A model generated the notes under the pieces. That model was not told the DNA's origin. It searched no databases and saw only the letters and a list, made by a program, of their open reading frames with translations. A stretch of 64,000 bases of DNA from Octopus sinensis (Eukaryota), in contig NW_021833983.1 of assembly GCF_006345805.1 (NCBI RefSeq), positions 1-64,000 on the forward strand, read 5' to 3'. Made by a program: the position numbers and the translations under genes. Shown piece by piece: positions 1 to 12,700 of this stretch (positions are counted from its first letter, which is position 1; every line of letters starts with the position of its first letter).

Positions 1-69
1 TACATACTATATATATATATATATAATATATTATATATATATGTATACATATGTGTGTGTATGTATAAT

Positions 70-270
70 GTTTGTGTTTGTTACCCCACCATCGCTTAAC
101 AACAGATGATGTTGGTGTGTTTAACTCCCGTAATCTAGCGGTTCGGCAAATGACACCGATGGAATAAGTACTAGGCTTGCAAAGAATACGTCCTGGGGGT
201 CCATTGGTTCGACTAAAGGCAGTGCTCCAGCATGGCTGCAATCAAATGATTGAAACAAGTAATAGAATAA
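70..270 (+). mobile_element. SINE family A, 3' half
   Basis: Matches the body and tail of the full copy at 7906-8315 (cgatagaataagtactaggcttacaaagaata...gtgctccagcatgg...tgaaacaagta). Confidence 0.8.
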
Positions 271-521
271 ATAAACAAGTGGAAATTGAACCGGTATGTC
301 TGTTAATTAATAAGGCCTTAAAACAGAATGACTCTCCTCAGGTGCAACAAGAATTCATTAACGTTAATTATAAAGCAACGATCCAATGATGAAGTGACTA
401 CAACAGACGTGGTTAACCCCCGAGATATCAGTGGGGAATTGCAAATACACCTGTAATTATGCAGGTGTATCAAAGACGAGAAAGAAGTAATGAATTTTTA
501 ATTGCCCAAATTTAGTGTTTG

Positions 522-753
522 CAAGCGATTGGCCTTGTGGTTAAGGTGATGCACTCACGATTATAATGAACTCGTTGTGTTGATTCTTGAGCAAATCACT
601 TCACTTCACGTTCTTTCACTCCGCTCAGATGTAAATGAATTTCTACCAATCACGGGGAAGTTAAACCTGCGACGGACTGGCTTCCTGTTCCGGGGGAGTG
701 TTGTCATTTCAGTCATTTATACGTCATGGAAACTGGGCTAAGCTCCGACCTCA
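522..753 (+). mobile_element. degenerate tRNA-derived SINE
   Basis: A-box-like ggccttgtggttaagg, followed by ttcttgagcaaatcac and cctgcgacggactgg segments typical of tRNA-SINE bodies. Confidence 0.5.
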
Positions 754-775
754 TCATGTTCGTCTCGTCGTTTTC

Positions 776-776
776 G

Positions 777-817
<41 letters not shown>

Positions 818-840
818 GTCGTCGTCGTCGTCGTCATCGT
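776..840. repeat. (CAT)n/(CGT)n microsatellite
   Basis: Direct trinucleotide repeats. Confidence 0.9.
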
Positions 841-997
841 TAACAACAGCAACTTACGCTTGAATTGAGTGCGATGAACTTCATCCCCGTCTTCTCAACA
901 CCAGCATCCGTCACCCTAGTTTATACTAACCACTTCATAGTTTATCTTCTCACAAGTCGTTTCCTGGATGCAGACTAGGCGGTTAACATGCAGTCTA

Positions 998-1523
998 CCG
1001 TCGTAAAAAGTGAAAGTAAATTGCCTTAAAAAAATGAAAGTAAATTGCCATAGAAACCGGGATTGACGGCAGTGACAAACCAAAATTTCATAGAAAAGAT
1101 TATAAAGAACTTCCTCAAAATTCCATGTCCTCGGGTATCCACGAGTATAATACCTTCAAGTCCTAAATATTTCAGAAATAACAGCTAAGGTTACACCATT
1201 CCAACGTAATATACCCATCAACGAACACTATTGAGAAGGCAGTTCGGTGGCTTGTATTCCAACGCATGATAGCCAACAGTGACATGGCAAAAGTGCAATA
1301 ATCTTGCAGGATTAATGAGAAGCAGAGTAAAAACCAACAAGAAACGGTGGCGATGTTCCTGTGAATTCACTCCGACTATTCCTTTTTCTACAAGGCCCAT
1401 TTAACTCTACCAATATAATTCAGCTAATATGCATCTGGGTAACAGACTGTCGTTGTTTCCAGTTTGTATCGCAATTTACTTTCATGTCTTTAGGACAATT
1501 TACTTCCACTTTTTTTACGACGG
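998..1523. mobile_element. MITE with ~65-bp imperfect TIRs
   Basis: ccgtcgtaaaaagtgaaagtaaattgcc... (998-1062) is the inverted counterpart of ...gcaatttactttcatg...ttttttacgacgg (1458-1523); TA on the left flank. Confidence 0.6.
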
Positions 1524-1984
1524 AAAACTTCATGTCATCTGACTTAGCTTCCCGCTCCACTAATTCCTATCGGTTACATAACTCCGCTGCTGATTTTGAA
1601 TGTTTGTCTCCCGGTGTAATGTGCTAAGAAACTACAGTCACCAAAACGTAACGTAATCACCAATCGTTATCAACGATACGCTAAGACTTGAACATTACTT
1701 TTAATCTAAATGTTGACGGTCATAAAGATGAAAACGGTAAGGCAAGACGAAACTAATCGAAATGAGAGGCAAGAATATCAAAAGAACCATAACAATATAT
1801 ATATATCTATATATATATATATATATATTTAAACAGTATCAAAAGCTTCTAGATTTTATAAAAGAGTAAATCTGATAGTCGCAAGTTCAGTCCTTCATCT
1901 TATAAATGTGCGAGTAGACACACGCACATACACACACGCACATACATACACATACAAACACCATACACACACATGTCTGAAACG

Positions 1985-2328
1985 CGCAGGGTTGCTGTGT
2001 TGTAAATAGCTTGCTTACCAACCACATGGCTCTGGGTTCAGTTCCACTGCGTGGTACTTTAGGCAAGTGTATTCTTCTATAGCCTTGGGCTGATCAAAGC
2101 CTTGTGAGTGGATATGGTAGATGGAAACTGAAAGAAACCTGTCGTATATGTATGTATGTGTGTGAGAGTTTGTCCCCCCCCCAACCATCGCTTGATAACT
2201 GATGTTGGTGCGTTTGCGTCCACGTAGCTTAGCGGTACGGCAAAAAGAGACCGATAGAATAAGTACTAGGCTTACAAAGAATAAGTCCTGGGGTCAAATG
2301 ACTGAAACAAATAAAAGAATAAAAGAAT
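1985..2328 (+). mobile_element. SINE family A, near full length
   Basis: tRNA-like head (gctgtgttgtaa...gggttcagttcc), internal microsatellite, aaagaat tail. Confidence 0.85.
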
Positions 2329-2431
2329 ATACATCTACGGTAATTAAGTGCCGAGTCAATAACAGGTCGCTAAACACCAACACGTTAAGATGTGACAGTA
2401 AATCCAGAAGGAGAAAGCTCGCATGCATATG

Positions 2432-2812
2432 GGAAGCACTCCGTCGGTTACGACGACGAGGGTTCCGGTTGATCCGAATCAACGGAACAGCCTGCTCGTG
2501 AAATTAACGTGTAAGTGGCTGAGCACTCCACAGACACGTGTACCCTTAACGTAGTTCTCGGGGATATTCAGCGTGGACACAGAGAGTGACAAGCCGGCCC
2601 TTTGAAATACCGGTACAACAGAAACAGGAAGTAAGAGCGACGAGAAGAAAGTGGTGGTGAAAGGTACAGCAGGGATCACCACCTCCCCTGTCGGGAGCCA
2701 CGTGGAGCTTTAGGTGTTTTCGCTCAATAAACACTCACAACGCCCGGTCTGGGAATCGAAACCGCGATCCTAAGACCGCGAGTCCGCTGCCCTAACCACT
2801 GGGCCATTGCGC
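2432..2812 (-). mobile_element. SINE family E, full length
   Basis: Minus-strand head gcgcaatggcccagtggttagggcagcggactcgcggtc...ggtttcgattccc with A/B boxes; colinear with 4511-4889. Confidence 0.9.
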
Positions 2813-3887
2813 AGCTGAAATAATCCAGAGGAACAAAATATATTTAAAATAAAAATAAATGCGTAAGTTTCACATATAGGTCATTGTTCAATTTACATTT
2901 ACAGCTGTTTCATTGGAAATAAACACCATTAATTCTATAATTATGCAATTAAGATAATTTATATAAACCTAAATTAAATTTAAAGCAATGTTTATTCAAC
3001 ATGATTATGAATATTACGGGTCATGCTACCATAAATCATCATGTGTGTGTGTGAACGTGCGTGCGCTCGTGCACAATACATTCGCCATGACATAATTATT
3101 AGCTAATATCTTACTAAAAAAATCTTGTGACCCACTAAATTTGTAATGAACCGGCGCTTGTGACAAACTAAAACCTTTGACCTAGACCCAGATAAATGTA
3201 AGCTCCAAATAAACTTTAGCATAAAATTAAGAGACAATAGAGAGATTTAAACCAAGTTTAGTCCCATACGAATGAACGGAAGAACCCTAAACAATATGGA
3301 CTATAAATCGGGGGTGCATCGATATGCCGAACATCATAAAATACACAAAAGTTTGAGCCAAAAATGGTGCATGTATATAAATGCATAAACATTACCATAA
3401 CAGTCTAATCTAAAAAGACGTTGGCATCCCATCATCAGCTGACAAATAGAAAATCGTTATGGTTTCGGCACCAAGTAGTATCGCTCAGTAAAAAGCGTTC
3501 AAGGCATCAAAATTATTCAAACACTACCTTTGAAATTACAACACGTAACAACAACAACAACGATAACAATAACAGCAGTAACAACAATAACAGCAATAAT
3601 AACATCAACAACAACACATGTACAAATGCATGTATATTTCCGAAAGAACAATACAAAAAAATTTCCGAAAGAACTATACAAAAAAATAAACAAATGTAAC
3701 CAACCTGGAACCTAAAGTGATTAATGCCTAAAACTTGCCAACGAAAAAACAAGTACCTAATGAACTAAATTAGAATGAAAAGGGAATAAACTCTTCTCAT
3801 TGACTGAATAAATGTATTAGTTACAACTAGAATGGAATTAAATAAAAAAAATCTAAGACATTATATTGGTGTTAAAGGACCATTTCG

Positions 3888-4186
3888 TCACTTACGACGA
3901 CGAGAGTCACAGCTGGTACGATCAACGGAACTGCCTGCTGCTCGTGAAATTAACGTGCAAGTGGTTGAGCACTCCTCAGACACGTGCACACTTAACGTAG
4001 TTCTCGGGGAGATTTAGCATTAGACAAGGATGGCCCTTTTGAAATACTCACTTTAGCCAGCCGAGTTGACTGTATCAACGTGAAATAAAGTGTCTTGCTC
4101 AAGGACACAACGCGTCGCCGGGAATCGAACTCACGACCTTACGATCGTGAGACGAATGCCCTAACCACTAAGCTACGCGCCTTCAC
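3888..4186 (-). mobile_element. tRNA-SINE with a different head but the family E 3' tail
   Basis: Head ggcgcgtagcttagtggttagggc...gagttcgattcccggc; 3' part matches the family E tail (gaactacgttaag...gtcgtcgtaag). Confidence 0.8.
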
Positions 4187-4278
4187 ATTAGCGGTAAGAG
4201 AATAAAATAAACTTAGTAAAATTACAACCAACGTAATGAAAAATAACGAATTGTAATTAAACAGAAAACTAACATATC

Positions 4279-4471
4279 TTTTATCTTTGACTTGGTTCAG
4301 TCATTAGACTGAAATGATAGTGAGGACCGCCTTGAATAACTTTTAGTCGAATGAATCGACATAGGTACAAGGACACACGTACATATAGATACACACACAT
4401 ACGCACATACGCACATACACACACATATATGTATGTGTGTGTGTATATATATATATATATATAATATATAT

Positions 4472-4514
<43 letters not shown>

Positions 4515-4888
4515 CAATGGTCCAGTGGTTAGGGCAACGGACTCGCGGTCGTAGGATCGCAGTTTCGATTTACAGACTGGGCGTTGTGAGTGCTTATTGA
4601 GCGAAAACGCCTAAAGCTCCACGAGCCTCCTACAGGGGGTGGTGGTGAAACCCTGCTGTACTCTTTCACCATAACTTTCCCTCACTCTTTCTTCCTGTTT
4701 CTGTTGTACCTGTATTTCAAAGGGGCCAGCCTTGTCACACTCTGTGTCACGCTGAATCTCCCTGAGAACTACGTTAAGAGTACACATGTCTGTGGAGTGC
4801 TCAGCCACTTGCACGTTAATTTCACAAGCAGGCTGTTCCGCTGGTCGGATCAACTGGAACCCCCGTCGTCGCAACCGACTGAGTGCCA

Positions 4889-4942
<54 letters not shown>

Positions 4943-5086
4943 GAAACCATCTACCAAATCCACTCACGAGGCTTTGATCGTCCCGAAGCTACAGTAGAAG
5001 ATATTTACCTAAGGTTCCACCCAGTGGGACTGAACCTGGGGCCACGTGGCTGGGATGCAAGCTTCTTACTACACGGCGACACCTGT
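4279..5086 (-). mobile_element. SINE family A interrupted by a family E insertion
   Basis: 5' half at 4941-5086 and 3' tail at 4279-4380, both on the minus strand, flank the E copy inside the internal microsatellite. Confidence 0.6.
4511..4889 (+). mobile_element. SINE family E, full length
   Basis: ggcgcaatggtccagtggttagggcaacggactcgcggtc head; homologous to 2432-2812. Confidence 0.9.
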
Positions 5087-5416
5087 AGACTCCTCTTACC
5101 TAGCTCACTTGAAAAAAGCCGGACAGAGCAAAATCGGATGCAAAAATGGCGACTAACAAAACATTTACAAGCGTCCCGTTTCCAATGCTGTAAAGCGTTA
5201 AACACTTATTAATAAAAAAATTGCTAAGTACTACGTGGAGGCTTAATATTAAGATGTTAACTTTGGAATAACTCCCATATATTTTTCAATTCAAGTTTCT
5301 AGTAAATAAATAATTTATATTGATAACCTTACTTAACTAAAGGTTTTATCAGTTTTATCATTCCAGAAATAAATAAAGAGGAGATTCGCTTTTCTGCAAT
5401 GCGAACAATAAGTATA

Positions 5417-5674
5417 CAGAGCGTTCAGAAAGTCTCTCCGCAGTAGATTTTTTCATCCTGACTCTCCGAGGAGTCAGACTCTGCAGGATGTATTTCAAAA
5501 CTTGTGTAGAAGGGTCAACTTATGTATTGAAAATGAAGGACGACACTTTCAACACCTCTTATAAGGTATTTTTTTAAAGTCTTGTAAAGTCTAATATATT
5601 CTTTTGTAGTCTTATACAATCTTATTTATTTTGCAATAAAATACTTACTGCGGAGAGACTTTTTGAACACCCTG
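5417..5674 (+). mobile_element. Tc1/mariner-derived MITE
   Basis: TIRs cagagcgttcagaaagtctctccgcagta / tactgcggagagactttttgaacaccctg, TA on both sides; retains a transposase C-terminal remnant QDVFQNLCRRVNLCIENEGRHFQHLL*. Confidence 0.85.
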
Positions 5675-6339
5675 TACAAGGCGGGTGGAACACCATTTCA
5701 TCTGAAATTTAGTGGTTTGCAAGATTTATTGTGCAACTAGTTTCGTTATGGTGAATTTATGACATTCTACACATACACACACACACACACACACGTATGC
5801 ATGTAGATTTGCACGCATTATAACACAATTTATAAGACCAAGAAGAAGCTAGAGATTTAATCTGTCGGATTTATTCGTTCAGAAGATCTAAGAGTACATT
5901 TTGATATCTATTCTTGCTAATATCGAATAATCTTTCACTAGATTTGCGCTAAGGCCTAAACCTGTTGCGGTAGGGCTTAAGCCAGTAAGGAACCGGATAA
6001 GAAACTTTATATCTTATTCTTCTACGAATACAGCAGAATGCCAGCGACATTTCTGCTTCTCAAAAACTTAAACTATTAACCTTCCTCTAAAAGTATGATG
6101 TCATTATTACTACTTACTACACTGAAGTTTAGATAATTAACTACATTCACAACAACATTTCTACTGGCCTCCAGATAATTTTGATATTTTCTACCAATTA
6201 ACTGTTTAAGAAAAAAAAAAATTAATTAGGAACAAATTATCGTCAGTGAATCTGCAGCAAACACCATGCATCCATGATGTTTACGCAAATCGAGATTTTC
6301 TCCCGGCATATATTATAAAGATACCGAATACATACAAAC

Positions 6340-6408
<69 letters not shown>

Positions 6409-6471
6409 TATATATATATATATATAATATATGGGTGTGTGTGATTGTGTATAGAAGAATATATTAATACA

Positions 6472-6519
<48 letters not shown>

Positions 6520-6914
6520 ATATGTATATATATATATTTGTGTGTGTGCACATTTATACATTACTGTTAAGTAAGAGCCAATAAAAAGGTACTCATTCCA
6601 TCCAGTGACAGATAAATATAATTTAATGTACACTGAATTAAAATAAGATCTGCTAATTGTTTATTAAGACACAATGTTAGACACGCTTTTATAACATGCC
6701 TTGTGTCTCCAAGCAGTGTATGAGCTCTGAGGACATAGTTTTAATACATTGTACATTAAATTATATATATATATATATATATAAATTTAGGATATAAAAA
6801 ATATAAATACCAGTTATGTTAGAAAGAAGAGTCACCTCTCCAAAGTCACATATTTCTCACTATAAACAAAATAGTGATAACGAAGCGAATATAAGACAAA
6901 ACACAAAATAGGGT

Positions 6915-6985
6915 ACAGTCATCTGAGTATCAATTGATTTCACCTTTAGTGACAAGCACTTAGGCTCATCAGCAGAGTTTACTGA
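6915..6985 (-). ncRNA. type I hammerhead-like motif, canonical core, degraded stem I
   Basis: Minus strand: CUGAUGA-GCCUAAGUG/CACUAAAGGU-GAAA, stem III palindrome AUCAAUUGAU, AUA triplet. Confidence 0.55.
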
Positions 6986-7012
6986 ATATAACTAGTTTTT
7001 CAATATATATAT

Positions 7013-7238
7013 ATTTCTTTACTACCCACAAGGGGCTAAACACAGAGGGGACAAACAAGGACAGACAAAGCGATTAAGTCGATTCCATCGACCCCAATGC
7101 GTAACTGGTACTTAATTTATCGACCCCGAAAGGATGAAAGGCAAAGTCGACCTCGGCGGAATTTGAACACAGAACGTAACGGCAGACGAAATACGGCTTC
7201 GCATTTCGCCCGTCGTGCTACCGTTTCTGCCAGCTCGC
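7013..7238 (-). mobile_element. SINE family D, full length
   Basis: Head gcgagctggcagaaacgg...gtgttcaaattccgccgaggtcgac; tail gccccttgtgggtagtaaagaaat. Confidence 0.9.
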
Positions 7239-7509
7239 GTGCGCGCCTGTTCGTTTGAATGCCCCTGCGACATTCAGAAACGAACGATAGTAAGTAAAAT
7301 TTAGAAAATAAGATATCATTATAATTAAAAATAATAATAATAAAGTGTCCGGCAAGCCTAATCAATATAGGTAAATATATATAAAAATTTAAGATATACA
7401 TTTTTTTAATATATATTTACCCATATTGGTTAAGCTTGCTGGCCACTTTATTATTATTATGTTTAATAATAATGATATCTTTTTATATATACATATGTGT
7501 GTGTATGTG

Positions 7510-7587
<78 letters not shown>

Positions 7588-7905
7588 ATGTATGTGTGTG
7601 TGTGTGTGTATGCATAATATATATGTATACCCCTGTATGGGTTGAGGTTACGCAACCATCTAAGGGATAATAAATATCCAATATACTACTGGGTGTATAC
7701 CTACGTATTTGTATCCATGTGCTTACTATTGCAGGGCAGTATCGGAATTGAATACTAGTTATGAGTGGGGGTGAAATAGAAATTTACCCAGAATTTATAA
7801 GACAAATAAGAAAATGAAGAGGATAATCAATCGACAAGCATCAGCCTGTAGACATTCATTTGTATATATTTATTAATTGGTTACAATCATATGCATACAA
7901 TCACA

Positions 7906-8315
7906 GGCGCAGGAGTGGCTGTGTGGTAAGTAGCTTGCTAACCAACCACATGGTTCCGGGTTCAGTCCCACTGCGTGGCATCTTGGGCAAGTGTCTTCTG
8001 CTATAGCCCCGGGCCGACCAATGCCTTGTGAGTGGATTTGGTAGACGGACACTGAAAGAAGCCTGTCGTATATATGTATATATATATATATGTCTGTGTG
8101 TGTTTGTGTGTCTGTGTTTGTCCCCCTAGCATTGCTTGACAACCGATGCTGGTGTGTTTACGTCCCCGTCACTTAGCGGTTCGGCAAAAGAGACCGATAG
8201 AATAAGTACTGGGCTTACAAAGAATAAGTCCCGGGGTCGAATGCTCGACTAAAGGCGGTGCTCCAGCATGGCCGCAGTCAAATGACTGAAACAAGTAAAA
8301 CAAGTAAAACAAGTA
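7906..8315 (+). mobile_element. SINE family A, full length
   Basis: ggcgcaggagtggctgtgtggtaag...gggttcagtccc head, internal (TA)/(TG) tract, (acaagtaaa)n tail. Confidence 0.92.
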
Positions 8316-8414
8316 ATAAGTAATCAAAATAAACGAATCAAATAAGCAATAAACAAATAAATAGATAAATAAAAATAAACAAATGAACAAGAATAAATGA
8401 ATGAAAAATACTAA

Positions 8415-8541
8415 GCCCTTACAGCTGTTTCTGCCAAATTTTCCACATCATGACAGAAATATACAGGGATTTTACAAAGGATAAACAAACATTGGACTGC
8501 GGTTGGGCAATTACTGAGCCCCAAAGCATCATCAGAGATAC
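8415..8541 (-). ncRNA. type I hammerhead motif (family J), canonical core
   Basis: Minus strand: AUCU-CUGAUGA-UGCU...UGGCA-GAAA-CAGCUG-UA-AGGG; stem III palindrome ACAGCUGU; ~90-nt stem II insert; inside a repeat at ~8360-8640. Confidence 0.7.
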
Positions 8542-8649
8542 TATAATGTTAGGAATCTAATCTTGTGGGGAAATAGGGTAAAATAATAAAATAAAATAAA
8601 ATAAAATAATAATATAATAGAAATAGTAAGGAATGGTAAAAAACGTCAA

Positions 8650-8830
8650 TTCTAAGGTGATATCCATAATCCATGGGATTACATCTTATGGTAAAGAAAG
8701 TCTCTTCCAGGAGTAATTTCCACAGGTTATGAGAGTTAGGTCCTATTACAATTTTACTGTGGGAAATAGCAAGGGTAAGACGTTGTGGAGTGAGTTTAAT
8801 GGGATGATCCATATGTCAGGGGTCAAAAGT
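8650..8830 (-). mobile_element. very old CR1-type LINE C-terminal remnant
   Basis: HPIKLTPQRLTLAISH...NLWKLLLEE resembles the CR1 C-terminal GHxxKL...WNxLP region. Confidence 0.35.
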
Positions 8831-9859
8831 TAGAGGCTAACTGCTTTTTAATAGAGCACCATAAAAAGAATTGAGAAAGTTAACTCATGTGAACTTGATT
8901 GGGGAAATCAATACATAAGTATTTCAATGAAAGAATAATTTGGGTAAAACCTTAGTGCGATGTTATTACTTATTACTTATTACTTGTTAACAAAAATCTC
9001 ATCCTAACACCCCTATGAAAAATAGTGTGAAGCCATAGTTAATCCTGCAACTTAATTGGTCCACTAATATTTGAAAACAATGGCGTTGTTCAAGTCCGTT
9101 AAATTTGTCAATAAAATCGAAAACAAATAAAAACGAAAAATAAAAGTATTTAAGGAATGAATTGTCTAAGGAGCCTTACTCAATGAATGGGCGATGAGTA
9201 GTGCCTACGTTTATGAGTATAGTACTTTTTAAAATATATCTGAGATATATTGAATTTACAAGTCTGAACGAGAAAAATAAAGGATGAAGCAATGAATGGA
9301 AAAAATAAACAATACTGGACTCTATTGGAGGGAGGTGGCCGATTAGTACATTAACGTATTATGTTTTAATACAGAATTATTAACTTGAATGCCCGACAAA
9401 TAATGGGATGAATATATGAGCAATATATACTAAAAAATAGACGCTGATTAAAACAGAACTTAAAAATCCACGTGCAAAAAGTATCACGCCACTTACGAAA
9501 CGAACCAGTATGCAAATTAGAAGGTAGTCCAAAAGTTCATTTTAAAAGGACACGATGTGAACGCATGAAATAAAGCAGAGTCTGTAAACTTAGTTCGATA
9601 CTTAGCCAGAACATAGAATTAAATTAGAGCAATATAACACGTATTAAAATGCAGAGAGGAATTATGCACTCAAGTAAGATTTAGGAAATATCATTCCGTT
9701 ATGGATAGATCTAAGTTATACTTTTAAATTTACAAGTAATTGTCCGTAATAGAAAAGCAAGAGTGGAAATGAATGAATGAAAATGTATTCAGACTTATAA
9801 ACTATAATTGAAGGGAGGTAACTGTGTATTACGTTCCCATTTCATAATAATAATAATAA

Positions 9860-10105
9860 TAATGAAATTATTGTATACAGTGCTCAGGCGCACCACAACT
9901 TGTCAAAGGTGCGTATAAAGCATATGCAGTAATGTACAAATGTCTGGAAAGCGAACAGTGTACGAGTCAGATACATGCTTGCGTGTGTATGGAGGGGAGA
10001 AAATCAGGTGTAGTGTCGGCGAATCTCAGGAGGCATGGAAGTTTTGAAGGATGCAGTGCTCCGACAACTAACAACTGATGCCGGCAGTTTGTTCCATGCT
10101 TCGTT
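9860..10105 (-). mobile_element. CR1-type LINE 3' end
   Basis: Minus strand encodes EAWNKLPASVVSCRSTASFKTSMPPEIRRHYT*, followed by a 3'UTR and (ATT)n; homologous to 48290-48380. Confidence 0.75.
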
Positions 10106-10114
10106 CCCGTTCTT

Positions 10115-10450
10115 TACTATGTTATTTTATTTTATTATTTTACCCGAATTCACCCACATGTTATATTCCGAACATTATAGTCTCCCCGATGAAGCTTTGG
10201 GGCTCAGTCATTGTCCAACCCCTGTCCAATATTTGTTCAACCTCAGTAAAATCCCTGTGTATTACTGGCATGACGTGGAAGACTAGGTAGATTGGGCAAC
10301 TCCTTAGTAGAAACAGGTGTAAGAGCTTAGCATTTCCCCACTCATTTATTCTTATTCATTTGTTTATTTTGATTACTTATACATATGATTGTAATTAATT
10401 AATAACTAGATATAAATGAATGCCTACAGGCTGATGTTTGTCGATTGATT
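10115..10450 (+). mobile_element. family J HHR-bearing repeat, degenerate ribozyme at 10180-10326
   Basis: Colinear with 8360-8640(-); core CCGAUGA (U4C), GAAA-CAGGUG-UA. Confidence 0.7.
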
Positions 10451-10550
10451 ATCCACTCTATTTTCTTAATTACCTTATATAAATACACACACGTATGACG
10501 GATGGACTCTACACGTTTTTTTCAATTTTCTCTGTTTATTTCCTCTTATT

Positions 10551-10589
10551 CCTTTCTGCTGAAGAGCGTAGGCGCGAAACGTAAAATAC
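10551..10589 (+). ncRNA. minimal hammerhead-like variant (family B)
   Basis: CCUUU-CUGCUGA-A-GAGC-GUAG-GCGC-GAAA-CGU-A-AAA; inside a repeat at ~10505-10680. Confidence 0.55.
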
Positions 10590-10675
10590 TTTTTCATTTT
10601 TCCCAAGCGTCAAACTAATACATCTGTTTGTTGTTCATACACCTGTCTTCGTCTTTTGCTTTTCTATAAATTTCA

Positions 10676-10722
<47 letters not shown>

Positions 10723-11240
10723 GTGTGTGTGTGTGTGTGTGTGGTGTGTGTGTATAGTGTGTATATGTATACGTGTATATATATATATCTTTGTTATTTT
10801 TATGACGAAAAATTAATCTGCTCAGAGTGAGGAGAAAACTATGTTGTACATATGAAACAGTCATTTATACATCTGAGCATACATTTATCTACACAGACAC
10901 GCGCACGTTCACATATGCATGGTAATTATGCGGTTAGGTAGTTATCAGTTTTATTCTGTTTAGCACATGAGATTTTGGCAGAGAGTTCATTAAAAATGAA
11001 AAGACTAAAATTTAGTGCAAAAATATAAACGATCAGATGTAAGAGCAGTTAATACCTCTCTTCGTCTTAACTGTACTTACAACATCCATGCACCCACACC
11101 CAACCAAACGCACACACACGTACGCCAATACGGAAATTAGCGCAATATCAAGTTACTTGTTTAAACTGTTTCTTTCTGTAAATAATGAGGCGACATGTCC
11201 TTGAATCACTGAGATGAAAAGGTGGCGCTGCTTTTCCCAG

Positions 11241-11313
11241 TATTAACAGGTGTCTTCGGGATGTCTTTGAAGTCTGTTCAAACTGGGTGTGTAGTTCAAT
11301 ATATATATGCCAG
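11241..11313 (+). CDS. candidate small exon of an unknown host gene
   Basis: Acceptor cttttcccag (alternative aacag at 11249), donor CAG|GTGAGT; open frame LTGVFGMSLKSVQTGCVVQYIYA, phase-2 end. Confidence 0.4.
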
Positions 11314-11814
11314 GTGAGTTTCCGTTTTTATGTGACGTCATCATATATCGTGGATTCGATGTCGCTTAAAGCCTTCAGAAGTTTTTAATGAATTTTTTAT
11401 CCACCACGCATTGCGAAAACCCATGGGATAGTGTAGTCCTTGGTAAATAATACATTGTCTAAGAACAAAAAAGAAAAAAAAAACAAGAGACAAGACTGAA
11501 TGACTATAGGCGGAAATCGTTTGATTTGTTTTTTTCTCAAAGCTGACCTGAGATTAAACAACAACAACAGCAGTAGCAGCAGTAGCAGTAGCAGCAGTAG
11601 CAGTAGCAGCAGCAGCAGCAGCAGTAGCAGCAACAACAATAAAAACGAACTTAACTTGTGTGATTAAAATGTAACAATGGCCATTTCGATTTTCTGTTAA
11701 AGTTAAGTGTGTGTTTACTCCGTAACCTGGATAATCCCTTGATATTATGGAATGACATTATCCTTTGTAACTCGGACATTTTCCCACATTAAGGAGATGA
11801 TCATTTCTCATTAA

Positions 11815-12203
11815 TGGGTGCAAATTTTAGTACATGACCAGCAATTTTTCGGGGGGTGTTGGGGAAGCTAATCGATTACATTAACCCCAGTGCTCAACTG
11901 GTTCTTATTTTATCGACCCCAGAAGGATAAAAGGCAAAAATCGACCTCAGTGGAAATTGAACTCAGAACGTAAAGACATACGAAATACCTCCACAAGGAG
12001 CTAAACACAGAGAGGACAAACAAGGACAGACAAACGGATTAAGTCGATTATATCGACTTCAGTGCGTAACTGGTACTTATTTAATCGACCCCGAAAGGAT
12101 AAAAGGCAAAAATCGACATCAGCAGAAATTGAACTCAGAACGTAAAGACAGACGAAATACCTAAGCATTTCGTCCGGCGTGCTAACGTTTCTGCCAGCTC
12201 GTC
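11815..12203 (-). mobile_element. SINE family D tandem dimer
   Basis: Full unit followed by a second unit restarting at gtatttcgt (junction ~11988). Confidence 0.85.
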
Positions 12204-12360
12204 CTCTTAATCTGTTCTCAATAATGCGTGTATATTTTCCAGTCCTCGAGTTTTGTTTACACTACAACCGGAGACAATTTCACCCGGCAAGAAAAACAAT
12301 TCGTTCAAGTCTGGAACAATTTCTCATGATAATCTATCATCTACTATCTTTAATATATAT

Positions 12361-12700
12361 TTGTTTCAGTTATTGGACTGCCGCCATGCTGGGGCACCGC
12401 CCTGAAAGGTTTTAGTCGAACAAATCGTCTGGGGAATTTATAAGTCTGGTACTTATTTTACTAATTTCTTTTGCCGGACTGCTATGTTATAGGGACGTAA
12501 AGCAACCAACACCGATAATCAAGTAGTTGCGGTGATGATAGTGAGGAAACGCAAACATAAAGATACACACATACATATATACAATGGACTTCCACACAGA
12601 TTCCGTTTACTAAATTCAGTCACAAACCGTTGGTCCGCCTTGGGCTATATATAGTAAATGACACTTTCCCAAGGTGCCATGCAGTAGCACTCAACTCAGA
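12361..12700 (-). mobile_element. SINE family A-related subfamily
   Basis: Reverse complement of family A tail and body motifs (gccatgctggggcaccgcc; aaggtgccatgcagtag). Confidence 0.7.

Noticed and set aside
2740-4570. tRNA genes
   Set aside because: The tRNA-like segments are SINE heads attached to SINE bodies and lack complete cloverleaves.
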